From assembly GCA_036676495.1 (NCBI GenBank), contig JAKFCT010000030.1:1-64000 (forward strand): a stretch of DNA of 64,000 nucleotides, in the 5' to 3' direction. This document shows, piece after piece, positions 37,717-47,978 of the stretch; within the stretch, counting starts at the first letter, position 1, and each line of letters begins with the position of its first letter. The translations under genes were made by a program, and so were the position numbers. Below the pieces are notes generated by a model. That model made no database searches. It was not told the DNA's origin and worked only from the letters and a program-made list of their open reading frames with translations. This DNA comes from Candidatus Sericytochromatia bacterium (GTDB lineage Bacteria; Cyanobacteriota; Sericytochromatia; S15B-MN24; UBA4093).

Positions 37717-39555
37717 ATGAAGCAACGGAAGGCCTGGGCCGCAATCCTCGGGATCGCCGCGTTCGGATTGACCGGCTGCCCCATGTCGATCTCCAGCCTC
37801 GACGAGGACTTCTATATGGGGCTGCCGTCCGGACAGCGCTCCGGCGCGGGCGATAAGCCTGCCGGCACCCTCCCTGCGGGCGGCGGGGGAACCGGGGGGG
37901 GCGGCTCGACTGGCGGAGGCTCGGGAGGCACCGTCCTGCCCGGCACCGGAGGCACCTTCGGAGAGATCGGCAGCAACCCATCCGACGTGGTCCTGGCGAG
38001 CGGCACATCGCTTCGCGTGGATGCGCTCTTTCCGAAGAGCACCCTCACCCGCGTCGGCATCTCCAATACGAACCGCGGCATGCTCGCGATTGCCGGCGTC
38101 AAGGACATGGCCGCACCGACCACCCAGCCATCCCTGATCGTCACGTGGCCCAGCGTCGCAGCACTACTCTCCGTGGGGACGCGAGACGTGGCGGCGACCG
38201 ATCCGGCTCTCGATGCCGAGGACGCCTTCAAGCAGGAACTGCGCAAGCGCCTCCCGACGAAAACGCCCCTGGCCGTGCGTGGCTCCCTCCAACCCCGTGC
38301 GCTCAGCTCCGACTCCAAGGTCTGGATTCTGACGGGGCAGGGTTCGGTGTACCAGCCCATCTGGGTCTACAACTCACAGTCGGTGACGGTGAACGGACGG
38401 ACGGTCCGATTCGCGATCGCCGTCGATACGGACGACCGAGAAACGACTTTTGGCAGCACCACGAACCCCGCGCTCGTGGATCAGCTCAACGCGGCGATCG
38501 CCAAGAACATCCTGCCCCGGCTGCTTTCCTCCTCCATGTACGGCTCCCTTCCGACCCAGGCCGAGGCCGCGCAAAAAGGCATCATCTTCGTCGACGACGT
38601 CATCTACTTCATCTTCAGCTCGAAGCTTCAAACGGATTTGCTCGGGTACTTCAACCCCGGCGACTTCTTCCCCGGCGGCAGCTCCAACCAGATCAAGGCG
38701 CTCTATCTTTCCGCGGACGCCGCCCGGCTCGCCCGGACCGACGCGGAGCAGCGCAACGACCTCCTCGGGACGATCGCCCACGAGTTCCAGCACCTTTGCT
38801 TCGCCTGGAATCGCGTCAAGGCGGTGGGAAGCGACGGCTACCTCGCTGAAGCCCACGCTGGCGCCGACGTCTGGATCGACGAGGGCCTCGCCATGTATGC
38901 CACCGCCGCCACGGGCTTCGGCCTCGAAGCCAAGGCCGGGGAGCTATCGACTGCCTACGTGGGCCCCTCCCGGAACGTCGCGGGGCATCTCAAGTGGTTC
39001 CTCAACGAGCCTGAAAAGTACTCGCTGGTCGCTTTCCACAAGAACGCCACGCTCGCCGGGGAAACGGGTCCGGGCAACCCCAGGGCCGCGTACGGCATGG
39101 CCTATCTCTTCACCCAGTACATGGTGGATCAGGTCGGCGAGGGAATCGTCCCGGAGATCGCGAGCAGCAAGAAGAACGGCTTCACGATCGGCGACCTGGG
39201 GCTTTCCGGCCAACACGATGCGCTCGGCATCGTCAACGACGCCCTGGGGCGCCGTGGGGTGAAGCTCAACACCCTCTTCGCCAACTTCTCGGCGGCGATC
39301 GCGCTCGACGGCAGCGACGCGCTTGCCGGGAGCGAAACGAGCGTGAAGCAGCGCTACGATATCCAGCGGCTAAACCTACGCAAATCGCCGTTCCCGGACA
39401 TCCCGTTCGCCGGGCCCGCCATGAGCAACCGGGTCGCCACGCCCATTCGCCCCTTCGGCATCCAGGTCATGAGCCCGGGCCTCATCAACGACCCGACCAC
39501 GATGCAGTTCAGCGGCAACTCCAGCGTGACGACCCGCCTCATCCTTCATCGCTAA
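37717..39555 (+). CDS. Lipoprotein zinc metalloprotease (gluzincin, M30-like) with Gly-rich linker
   Basis: LTGC lipobox; LGYFNPGD, TIAHEFQH, WIDEGLA. Confidence 0.85.
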   Translation: MKQRKAWAAILGIAAFGLTGCPMSISSLDEDFYMGLPSGQRSGAGDKPAGTLPAGGGGTGGGGSTGGGSGGTVLPGTGGTFGEIGSNPSDVVLASGTSLRVDALFPKSTLTRVGISNTNRGMLAIAGVKDMAAPTTQPSLIVTWPSVAALLSVGTRDVAATDPALDAEDAFKQELRKRLPTKTPLAVRGSLQPRALSSDSKVWILTGQGSVYQPIWVYNSQSVTVNGRTVRFAIAVDTDDRETTFGSTTNPALVDQLNAAIAKNILPRLLSSSMYGSLPTQAEAAQKGIIFVDDVIYFIFSSKLQTDLLGYFNPGDFFPGGSSNQIKALYLSADAARLARTDAEQRNDLLGTIAHEFQHLCFAWNRVKAVGSDGYLAEAHAGADVWIDEGLAMYATAATGFGLEAKAGELSTAYVGPSRNVAGHLKWFLNEPEKYSLVAFHKNATLAGETGPGNPRAAYGMAYLFTQYMVDQVGEGIVPEIASSKKNGFTIGDLGLSGQHDALGIVNDALGRRGVKLNTLFANFSAAIALDGSDALAGSETSVKQRYDIQRLNLRKSPFPDIPFAGPAMSNRVATPIRPFGIQVMSPGLINDPTTMQFSGNSSVTTRLILHR

Positions 39556-39562
39556 TTCCCGT

Positions 39563-42523
39563 CTAGAACGAGACTCCGTACGTCGTATACACCTGCAATC
39601 CCCCCCCTGGGCTGGTCCCCTGGGCCACGCCCAGCCGGAGCTCCGTGGGGATTTGATTGAGGAAGATCTTGGCACGGCCTTCGAGGCCCAAACCGTGCTT
39701 GATCCGCGCGAGGCTCAGCTCCTCGCGGCTGCCTGCAAGGCCCAGGTCGTAGAAGGCCGCCGCATGGAGGGTGTCGATGAAGAACGGAAGGGTTCCGAGG
39801 CCCCGATGCAACTCGAGCAGGGGAAAGCGATACTCCAGGCTGCCTGCGAATAGATGGCTGCCTTGCAGGATGCCGTAGCCGTAGCCGCGCAAGGGGACGG
39901 CACTGACGTCTCCGACGTAGCGCAAGTCCGTATAGATGGAGGGAAGGGTCGAGAACGAGCCTCCGAGGGTGTAATCTCCGCCCGGCCGGCCGAGGTTGAG
40001 CCCTCCTGCGAGCCTCCAGCCCAGGACATGGCGTTTCCAGGGCAGCGCATGATAGGAACGATAATCCCCGCTCAGGCGGTTGAACCCCGCCTGTCCCGCC
40101 AAACCGGACGGGGCGAGTTCGTAGGTCAGCGAGCCCAGGTTTCCGCGCTCGGGGCTGATGGCGAAGCTGGGGCGGTAATTGTCGGCATGGCGCCACTGGG
40201 CGTAGAGGGCGTGGGTCGCACCTTCCGGAGTCGTGGCGATCGCCCGCTCCAGGCTCGCGCGCTCCCGCGCCTCCAGCCCCGACGGATCTTCCACCGGCTG
40301 TCCGTTCCGCCGATCCAAGAGGCCCAACCCCGAAACCGAACGATAGCGATACCCCAAGGTCAAGCTATCCCCCATCACCGAGAGATGGCCCAACGCTTGG
40401 CTGGGCATCCCCGGAAACGTCACTCCCACGTCCCCTTGCACCATCCGGATCCGGCGCTCGAGCGTCTGACCCACCCCATAGAGGCTGGGGAAGTCGCTCA
40501 GGCTCAAGGTGAGACTGGGGGGCAACTCGTCGTTCTGGTAGAACAGCGAGTAGAACGGGCGCTGGCTTTTGAGCTCGGCTCCTGCCGAGAGGTAGAGGTA
40601 GTGTTTGAGGAGGACGTCCATGCCGTAAGTGGCTCCACCCGCCCAGATGCCGTGGGAGCCGTAATCTCCGATGGGGCTCCAGACCTTGGGTCTCAGGGTC
40701 GCCCAGGGGGAGTAGGGATGGGAGGGAAACGGGGTGGAATCCACGGGCATGGTCTCACCCTGGGGCAAGGGCAAGGCTTCGAGAGAGCCGTCCGAGGCAT
40801 AGGCCATGGCGGGGCCCTCGACGGGCCGCCAGGTCTCGGGGGCGAAGGGCATGACGTGGATATCGTAGCCGCGGGTGGTGTAAAGGGAGAAGGCGATTTC
40901 CTTGCCGTCCGGCGAGACCGCGGGCTCCAGGGCGCCCCCGATCACGTTGGTCACCTGGAAGGTCTTGCCGTCCGAGAGCCTCACGGCATGGAGGTTGAAG
41001 ACTCCCGAGCGATCCGAGCTGAAGAGCAGCCACTTGCCATCCGGACTCCATGACGGGGCGGTCTCGACCGCCAGATCGCGCCAGAGCGGCCGCATCGCGC
41101 CCGTCGCCGGGTCGATGAGGGTGAGGTCGCGGCTGCCGTCCTTCCAGACCGAAGCCGCAACTTGCGTGCCGTCGGGTGACCATGCAAGGCCCGAGATCTG
41201 CATCCCGTCCGAGCCCTCGGTCAAACGCGCGAGGAGCTTCCCCGTCGGGTCGAAGCGCGCCAGGTCGTTGCGGCCCTTGCCGTTGACGACCGCCAGGAGG
41301 TGTTTTCCGTCGGGGGCGATCGCCGGGTCCTTGGCGCGCATGCCGTCGGTGAGACGCACGACCTTGCGCGACGCGATCTCCAGCTTGTAGAGGTCGAAGA
41401 ACGAGGTGAAGCGATCGGCATCGCGAAAGACCGCGAAATAGAGCTCCTTGCCGTCGCCACTGAGGTGGTAGCTGCCGAAAGGGCTCTTGTAGATCATCCG
41501 CTGGGGCGGCTTGCCGTCGCGCGCATCCAGGAGCAGCACGGAGTACTCCCCGGGGACGTACTCGGGGTAGAGCAATCGGCCGTCCGGGAGCCAGCGCGGA
41601 TGACGGTGGTAGCCTCCCGATTTGGTGACGGGGCGGCTCTCGGTGAGCGGGGTTTGACGGATGCCTTCGAGCTGGCGTGCGGCCCGCCGCTTGAGGTAGG
41701 CCTGTAGCTCATTCCAGAGGATGAAGGCGTTCTTGCCCGGGATCACCTGGTGGATGGCCAGGTTGATGTCGAGAATGGGCAGGGCGGCGTACTGGTGGGC
41801 AATCCGGGTGGGGACGTCGGCTCCGTAGGTCTCGATCAGGTAGCGATAGAAGTAGGTTCCGTAGAGGTAAGCGCCGTTCGCGCCGGGGCCGCCGCCCAGG
41901 TAGGGCGCTGCCGCTTGATCGATGGCGGCGAGCTGGTCGTCGAGGGCGAGACAGCGAAGGATCATGTCGAAGTCGCCCTCGCGGCCGCGCCCGCCGGTGG
42001 TGAACTCCGTCTCCATGTGGACGGCGAGGCCTTCGATGAGGAAGTTGGGGACGGTAACGTTGGGGTAGAGGGCGCGTCCCAGGAGGCGGTTCACCCATTC
42101 CGAGATGCCGTCGGTGGTCTCCAGGTGGAGGATATGGGTGTACTCGTGGGTGATCAGGTGCTTGAGCCAGGAATCGTACTTGCCCCAGAGCATGTCCTGA
42201 TCCGGAGGGGTGAGGTAGATCTGGATCTGGTTGTTGGGGTAGGGGAAGGCGAACCCGTTGGTGGTATCCTGGCCGTCGAGCAGGACCAGCTCGGTGCGCA
42301 TGGTGGGCGTGCGCTGCATGACCGGAACGAGCTTAGCATGCGCTTCTTCCGCGAAGTGGGCGGCCCGCTGCGCAATTTCCTCGTAGCCCTCTGGGTAGTT
42401 GACCCGGAAGTGCGGCGTCTCAAGCGTATGCCAGCGCTGGGCCGGGTCGAGGGTAGTCGCCGCATGGGCGCTCATGGGGGTCGCCGCCAGCAAGGCCGCG
42501 ACGAGCAGCGCACGGATCCGCAA
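39563..42523 (-). CDS. Zinc peptidase / TolB-like beta-propeller / Omp85 beta-barrel fusion, paralog A
   Basis: Signal peptide; ETPHFRVNYP, THEYTH, IEGLA; repeated P(A/S)(W/V)SPDG; LRGY, EYRFPL, terminal YGVSF. Confidence 0.88.
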   Translation of the reverse strand: MRIRALLVAALLAATPMSAHAATTLDPAQRWHTLETPHFRVNYPEGYEEIAQRAAHFAEEAHAKLVPVMQRTPTMRTELVLLDGQDTTNGFAFPYPNNQIQIYLTPPDQDMLWGKYDSWLKHLITHEYTHILHLETTDGISEWVNRLLGRALYPNVTVPNFLIEGLAVHMETEFTTGGRGREGDFDMILRCLALDDQLAAIDQAAAPYLGGGPGANGAYLYGTYFYRYLIETYGADVPTRIAHQYAALPILDINLAIHQVIPGKNAFILWNELQAYLKRRAARQLEGIRQTPLTESRPVTKSGGYHRHPRWLPDGRLLYPEYVPGEYSVLLLDARDGKPPQRMIYKSPFGSYHLSGDGKELYFAVFRDADRFTSFFDLYKLEIASRKVVRLTDGMRAKDPAIAPDGKHLLAVVNGKGRNDLARFDPTGKLLARLTEGSDGMQISGLAWSPDGTQVAASVWKDGSRDLTLIDPATGAMRPLWRDLAVETAPSWSPDGKWLLFSSDRSGVFNLHAVRLSDGKTFQVTNVIGGALEPAVSPDGKEIAFSLYTTRGYDIHVMPFAPETWRPVEGPAMAYASDGSLEALPLPQGETMPVDSTPFPSHPYSPWATLRPKVWSPIGDYGSHGIWAGGATYGMDVLLKHYLYLSAGAELKSQRPFYSLFYQNDELPPSLTLSLSDFPSLYGVGQTLERRIRMVQGDVGVTFPGMPSQALGHLSVMGDSLTLGYRYRSVSGLGLLDRRNGQPVEDPSGLEARERASLERAIATTPEGATHALYAQWRHADNYRPSFAISPERGNLGSLTYELAPSGLAGQAGFNRLSGDYRSYHALPWKRHVLGWRLAGGLNLGRPGGDYTLGGSFSTLPSIYTDLRYVGDVSAVPLRGYGYGILQGSHLFAGSLEYRFPLLELHRGLGTLPFFIDTLHAAAFYDLGLAGSREELSLARIKHGLGLEGRAKIFLNQIPTELRLGVAQGTSPGGGLQVYTTYGVSF

Positions 42524-42736
42524 TCAGGACTCGCTTTCCAAAAGGGGTCGAACCGGATCATTCTACCCCAGAGCGAAAAACGCTGCCTCCGGCGACGGGG
42601 GCGGCGCAGCCGGCCGCTCGGAGAAGAGCCGTTTAACCTGACGTCTGGGGGGAATATTGGGGGGAGCCCCGTTTGAAGCGCAAAAGGCCGGAGCCGACCC
42701 GGGAGGAAAGGGGCATGAAGAGGACATGAAGAGGGC

Positions 42737-45700
42737 ATGAAGCAGCACCTGATCAAACTCGCGATCGCCGGCAGCATGGGGCTCGGCGCCGCGCCGGCCA
42801 TGGCCGCCACCAGCTACGAGCCGGGAATCGACTGGCGAACCATCGAAACCCCTCACTTCCGGGTGAACTACCCCGCCGATCTCGCAGATCTCGGGCGCCG
42901 CGTCGCCGCCTACGCCGAAGACGCCCATGCCAAGGTCGCTCCCTACATGAAGGCCGACACCTACGAGAAGACCGAGATCGTCCTCTTCGACACCTACGAC
43001 GACACCAACGCCAACGCCAGCAACTACCCGCACAATCGGATCCTCCTGAACCTCCACCCGCCCTCGCCGGACGCAGGCCTTCCCATCGGCCGCCACGACG
43101 ACTGGATCCGCTACGTCGTCCTGCACGAGTACACGCATATCCTGCACCAGAACCAAACCCACTGGGGCATCAACCAGCTCAACCGCGTGCTGGGCAAGGT
43201 CTTCTTCCAGTACCTGGCCATCCCCGGCGTCCCCAACTTCGTCACCGAGTACATTCCCACCCTGCTTTCCGATTCGCCGCGCTTCATCACCGAAGGCTGG
43301 GCGGTCCACACCGAGTCCCGCTTCACCCCCGGCGGCCGCGGCAAGGAGGGCTTCGGGGACATGCGGCTGCGCATGGCCACGCTCGACAACACGCTCCATC
43401 GCCTGGATCAGGTTAACGGCAGCTATCTGCTCGACTGGCCCGCGGGAGGCAACGAGTACGATTACGGCACCGCCTTCTTCCAGTACATCTCGACCACGTA
43501 CGGCGAGGAGGTCCCGGCCCGGATCCTCGAGGTCTTCGGCCGCATGCCCTGGCTCGGCATCGACTTCGCGGTCTCCCAGGTCTTGACGGGAAAGACCTGC
43601 ACCACCCTCTGGAACGAGACCATGGACTGGCTGCGCCAGCGCTACGCCACCCAGGCCATCGAGATCCAGCAGCAGCCGCTGACGGTCTCGAAGGCCCTCA
43701 CGACCTCGGGCCGCTACCATCACCACCCTCGCTGGCTCGCCGACGGCACCTTGGTCTTCACCGAGTCCTACAAGGGCAAGGGCTCCAAGCTGTTGAAGCG
43801 CACGGCGACGGGCGAAACGGTTCCCCTGATGAGCAAGGACCCGCTCGGAGATTACTCCATGAGCGCGGACGGCAGCAGCCTCGTCTATGCCATGCAGCAG
43901 GGCGACGAAGCCAGCTTCAAGAGCTACTCGGACCTCTACCGTTTCGATACGCGGACCGGCGCGCGAACGCGCCTGACTCAAGAGTTGCGTGCGGCCGATC
44001 CCGCTGTTTCGCCCGACGGAAGCCGGATCGTGACGGTTGTGACCCGGCAGGGCACCAACCACCTCATGCTGCTGGACGCGGACGGAAAGGTCCTGAAGAC
44101 GCTGACGGAGCCCACGCCCTCCAAGACCTACGCCAATCCCTCGTGGTCCCCGGACGGCACGCGGATCGTCGCATCGCGCTGGGTCTCCGGCGGCTTCCAG
44201 ATCGTGCTCGTCGACCCCGAGACCGGCGCGGAAACCGAGTTGACCCCGGTGGGGGCCCTGGACTACTACCCGTCCTTCACTCCGGACGGCCGGCACATCG
44301 TCTTCACGTCGGACCGCACGGGCGTCTTCAACCTCTACGCTCTCCGGCTCGCCGACAAGGCCCTCTTCCGGGTCACCAACGTCCTGGGCGGAGCCTTCCA
44401 GGGACGCGTTTCGCCCGATGGATCGACCCTGGCCTTCATCAACTATGGAAGCGCCGGCTTCGACCTCCATGAGATGCCCTTCGACCCCCGCGCCTGGCGC
44501 CGCGTCTCCCCCGACCAGGTCCTCGCCAGCAACTTCGAGGGCCGGTTCGTGCCGTTCACGCTCGAAGCCGCGACTCCGGTCGACATGTCCGTCGCCCTGT
44601 CGGCCACTCCGCGTTCCTATAACCCGTGGCCGTCGATCGCCCCCAACGCCCTCGTCCCTCTGATCGCTCAGGACGAAGGGGGGCTCGCGCTGGGGCTTTC
44701 CGCGTTCGGACAGGACGTCCTGCGGCAGCATACGTACTACGTGCTGGGAGGAGCCGGCCTGACCTCCGGCAGGCCCATTTTTGGCTTCCTATACCAGAAC
44801 GACCAGTTGATGCCGTCGCTGTCGATGACTTACTTCCGGGCTCCGGGAGCGAGCGCCTACCCGTTGATGGTGAACAACCAGCTGACCTTCGGCAGGCTCT
44901 GGCAGGATCAGCAGATGCTGGACCTCAACATGCGGCTTCCCGGCATCCCCTTCCCGCTCCTGGGCGCGAACTGGGTCACGGGGGATTCCTACATGGTCGG
45001 CTTCCGGGCCCAGCATGCCCAGAATTACGCGCTGGGAACCATCGACCGGAGCCAGATCGTGAAGCTCGACGGGGAGGACGCGGATACCCTGCCCCGGTTC
45101 GAACTCGCCGGGGATCCCGGCCAGAGCAACTCGATCTACGCCATGTTCCAGCGCGCCGACAACTTCACCCGCTCCTACGGGGTGAGCCCCGAGGGAGGTT
45201 CGCTGTCCACCCTGGGCTACGAGAAGGCGTCGCCCTTGCTGGGCGGCCAGGCGAACTTTGATCGGGTCTGGGGCGACTACCGCCGCTACGTTTCCCTGCC
45301 CTGGCAGCATCATGTCCTGGCGCTGCGGGGGACGATGGGGCTGAACTGGGGCAAGAACGGCGGCCACTTCTTCGTGGGAGGCATCGACGCCCCGCACTTC
45401 CTCTCGCAAGTCGATCTCACGGCGGCGACCGACGTCTTCCACTCGTCGATCGGCATGCGGGGTTACGACGTGGCCGGCATCGGCAACAAGATGGCGCTCA
45501 TGAGCGCGGAGTATCGCTTCCCGCTGCTGGAGGTGAACCAGGGGCTCTGGACGCTCCCCTTCTACATGGATCGGCTCTACGGGGCACTCGGCTATGACGT
45601 GAGCAATACCTGGGACTCGCCCTTCAGCAGCGTCAGGCAGTTCCAGGCCTCCGAGACCGTGCACGGCGTTTCGGCCGAGCTTCGAAGCAAGCTGACCTTG

Positions 45701-45811
45701 TTCCGGTACTTGCGGACCGACTTCCGGCTGGGCGTTGCCCAGGGGCTCACCACCACGGCATCGACCCGGCCCTCCACCCAGTACATCCTGGGGTTCGGCA
45801 CCACGTTCTAG
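42737..45811 (+). CDS. Zinc peptidase / TolB-like beta-propeller / Omp85 beta-barrel fusion, paralog B
   Basis: Signal peptide; ETPHFRVNYP, LHEYTH, TEGWA; SPDG repeats; MRGY, EYRFPL, terminal FGTTF. Confidence 0.88.
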   Translation: MKQHLIKLAIAGSMGLGAAPAMAATSYEPGIDWRTIETPHFRVNYPADLADLGRRVAAYAEDAHAKVAPYMKADTYEKTEIVLFDTYDDTNANASNYPHNRILLNLHPPSPDAGLPIGRHDDWIRYVVLHEYTHILHQNQTHWGINQLNRVLGKVFFQYLAIPGVPNFVTEYIPTLLSDSPRFITEGWAVHTESRFTPGGRGKEGFGDMRLRMATLDNTLHRLDQVNGSYLLDWPAGGNEYDYGTAFFQYISTTYGEEVPARILEVFGRMPWLGIDFAVSQVLTGKTCTTLWNETMDWLRQRYATQAIEIQQQPLTVSKALTTSGRYHHHPRWLADGTLVFTESYKGKGSKLLKRTATGETVPLMSKDPLGDYSMSADGSSLVYAMQQGDEASFKSYSDLYRFDTRTGARTRLTQELRAADPAVSPDGSRIVTVVTRQGTNHLMLLDADGKVLKTLTEPTPSKTYANPSWSPDGTRIVASRWVSGGFQIVLVDPETGAETELTPVGALDYYPSFTPDGRHIVFTSDRTGVFNLYALRLADKALFRVTNVLGGAFQGRVSPDGSTLAFINYGSAGFDLHEMPFDPRAWRRVSPDQVLASNFEGRFVPFTLEAATPVDMSVALSATPRSYNPWPSIAPNALVPLIAQDEGGLALGLSAFGQDVLRQHTYYVLGGAGLTSGRPIFGFLYQNDQLMPSLSMTYFRAPGASAYPLMVNNQLTFGRLWQDQQMLDLNMRLPGIPFPLLGANWVTGDSYMVGFRAQHAQNYALGTIDRSQIVKLDGEDADTLPRFELAGDPGQSNSIYAMFQRADNFTRSYGVSPEGGSLSTLGYEKASPLLGGQANFDRVWGDYRRYVSLPWQHHVLALRGTMGLNWGKNGGHFFVGGIDAPHFLSQVDLTAATDVFHSSIGMRGYDVAGIGNKMALMSAEYRFPLLEVNQGLWTLPFYMDRLYGALGYDVSNTWDSPFSSVRQFQASETVHGVSAELRSKLTLFRYLRTDFRLGVAQGLTTTASTRPSTQYILGFGTTF

Positions 45812-45828
45812 CCATCGAGCAAGCCTGC

Positions 45829-46041
45829 TCAGCGCCGGGATCCCGTCTCGCGGGATCCCGGCGCTGGCTCTTGGGGCTCACTGGCGGCGAAGACCACGTC
45901 ATGATGCGGGACTTTCGCGGGCTGATGGGCGACGATCTGGCGGAAGGCGTTCAGCAGGACGTAGAGCGCCAAGAGGCCTCCGGCGATGAGGACGAGCCAG
46001 CTGAACAGGGTGAAGAACCCCACCACGAGATCGTTGAACAT
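45829..46041 (-). CDS. Small single-pass membrane protein, 70 aa
   Basis: GAGGAGGG RBS; MFNDLVVGFFTLFSWLVLIAGGLLALYVLL hydrophobic segment. Confidence 0.65.
   Translation of the reverse strand: MFNDLVVGFFTLFSWLVLIAGGLLALYVLLNAFRQIVAHQPAKVPHHDVVFAASEPQEPAPGSRETGSRR
45830..45866. terminator. Hairpin after Omp85 paralog B, overlapping the 3' end of the small ORF
   Basis: CAGCGCCGGGATCCCG-tctcg-CGGGATCCCGGCGCTG. Confidence 0.7.
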
Positions 46042-46229
46042 GGTTCCCTCCTCGTGTCTCCGTGGCCCCAGCCTACCATCTCGACGGCTCCGGAGTCGCC
46101 AGGGAAGCGGGATCTTCGCGGGCGAGGCAAAGCTTAACGGAGGCTTTGCTCGCACTTAACCGCAAAGGCACAAGGGGGGCGCGGCGGAGGGGGATAAAGA
46201 CTCAGACCCCCACCCGAGAGGAGGACGCC

Positions 46230-47234
46230 ATGATCGCCGGAGTCGCGAGCCGCCCCTACACCCCCGCCCGTCCCACCACGGCCGTTCGCGCCGGCGGATC
46301 GGAGACCGCGGCGCCTGTAGCCCAGCCTCCGGCGGTGGTGATCCCGTCCCAGGCGGTCGCTCCGATGAGCTTCGACGTCGCGGGGCTCTTCGACGGCATC
46401 AAGAAGTTCTTCAGCGGCATCGTCACCTTCTTCAAGAACCTCTTCGCCCCCAAGGCTCCCAGCAGCACGCTCGATCCCGATACCCAGGCGATCGCCCAGG
46501 CCTACAACTTGCTTCCGACCAAGGAGAACGTCACGGCCTTCCTCGCCGAGGCGCGGACTTACGAGCAGAACGGCACCCTCGGGCCGGGCAGCCCCAACGC
46601 CGAGGCCATCACCGAAGTGCAGGGCGCCCTGAAGAACTGGGGCTACAACGTCACCGTGAACGGTTCCTACGACAACGCCACCAGCGAGGCGGTCAAGGCC
46701 TTCAAGCGGGCCAACGGCCTGCATCAAACCTACAAGATGGCCGACGGCTCCTGGGCGGTCAACGAGTACTTCGACAACGCCACCCTCGCCAAGATGCGCG
46801 AGCTGCTGACCTCGGGCCAGACGCCCCCCGCGACTCCCCCGGTCCAGACGCCGCCGGCGACCACCACGCCTACTCCCACCCAGCCGGGAAGCCTCAACTA
46901 CCAGGCGATCGCCACCCAGTACAAGCTCCAATCCAGCGAGAGCAACGTCAACGCCTTCCTCGCCGAGGTCCGCGAGTACGCCAACAACGGAACGCTCGGG
47001 CCGGACTACCCCAACGCCGAAGACATCGCCGAGCTGCAAGGGATCCTGCAGTCCTGGGGCTACACCGTGTCGCCAACCGGCGCCTGGGATGCCGCCACCA
47101 GCCAGGCCATCATGAAGTTCAAGCTGGACAATGGCCTTCACCAGTCGTACAAGTCCGTGGACGGGAACTGGGCGGTCAACGAGTACGCCGAACCCCAGAC
47201 CCTCGCCAAGATTCGCGAGAAGCTCGGGCTCTAA
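46230..47234 (+). CDS. Protein with two peptidoglycan-binding-like modules and a Pro/Thr linker, no Sec signal
   Basis: Duplicated module LGP...I.E.Q..L..WGY.V...G..D.AT..A...FK..NGL; GAGGAGG RBS. Confidence 0.8.
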   Translation: MIAGVASRPYTPARPTTAVRAGGSETAAPVAQPPAVVIPSQAVAPMSFDVAGLFDGIKKFFSGIVTFFKNLFAPKAPSSTLDPDTQAIAQAYNLLPTKENVTAFLAEARTYEQNGTLGPGSPNAEAITEVQGALKNWGYNVTVNGSYDNATSEAVKAFKRANGLHQTYKMADGSWAVNEYFDNATLAKMRELLTSGQTPPATPPVQTPPATTTPTPTQPGSLNYQAIATQYKLQSSESNVNAFLAEVREYANNGTLGPDYPNAEDIAELQGILQSWGYTVSPTGAWDAATSQAIMKFKLDNGLHQSYKSVDGNWAVNEYAEPQTLAKIREKLGL

Positions 47235-47249
47235 ACCTCGCAAACGTCC

Positions 47250-47279
47250 GGGCCCCCTGCCGAAGCCGGCAGGGGGCCC
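47250..47279. terminator. Bidirectional terminator
   Basis: GGGCCCCCTGCCG-aagc-CGGCAGGGGGCCC. Confidence 0.75.
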
Positions 47280-47315
47280 TTCTCATGGACCGTGTTCGAA
47301 GCGGGTCGAAGGCGT

Positions 47316-47978
47316 TCAGCTCGCCGTGCTGCTGGAGCGAAGTCGCCCGGTTCCCCGGAAGCGCTGGCTGAGGGAAGCGAATTGCCCGCTCTGAGAATCG
47401 TAGGCGAAGACCTCTCCGGTTTCGAGCTTGTAGACCCAGGCGTGCAACCGAAGGTCGCCCTTGGCGAGCCGCGCGGCGACCGGGGGCAAGGTACGAAGGT
47501 TCTCCAGCTGCACCAGGACGTTCTCCTCCACCGTGGCGGTCCGGAGCGCCTCGCCCGTCAAGTGGGGGTAATTCTCGCGGATGATCCTGGTCGTCTCCTT
47601 GGCATGCGAGAGCCACTCGGCCATGGCGGGAAGATCCTTGAGCGGCGTGGGATCGAGCAGGCACTCGACGGCACCGCAGTGGGAATGGCCGCAGATGATG
47701 ATGTCCGTGACGCCCAGGACCGAGACGGCGAACTCGATGGTCGCCGCTTCGCCGGAGTTGGGGGCCCCATACGGAGGCACGATATTGCCGGCGTTACGCA
47801 GGATAAAAATATCCCCCGGCTCGGTCTGGGTCAGCAGGTTGGGATTGATGCGGGAGTCCGAGCAGGTGATGAAGAGGGCTTCCGGATCCTGCCCATGCGC
47901 CAAGCGCTCGAAGAGCTCCTTGTGGGAGCTGAAGACGTTCTTCTGGAATTCGTGGATGCCTTGTACCAGTTTTTGCAT
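47316..47978 (-). CDS. Beta-class carbonic anhydrase (CynT/Can type)
   Basis: [27 protein letters not shown]. Confidence 0.96.
   Translation of the reverse strand: MQKLVQGIHEFQKNVFSSHKELFERLAHGQDPEALFITCSDSRINPNLLTQTEPGDIFILRNAGNIVPPYGAPNSGEAATIEFAVSVLGVTDIIICGHSHCGAVECLLDPTPLKDLPAMAEWLSHAKETTRIIRENYPHLTGEALRTATVEENVLVQLENLRTLPPVAARLAKGDLRLHAWVYKLETGEVFAYDSQSGQFASLSQRFRGTGRLRSSSTAS

Noticed and set aside
37881-37953. G-rich run as a repeat or G-quadruplex element
   Set aside because: Encodes the Gly/Thr/Ser linker of the lipoprotein protease
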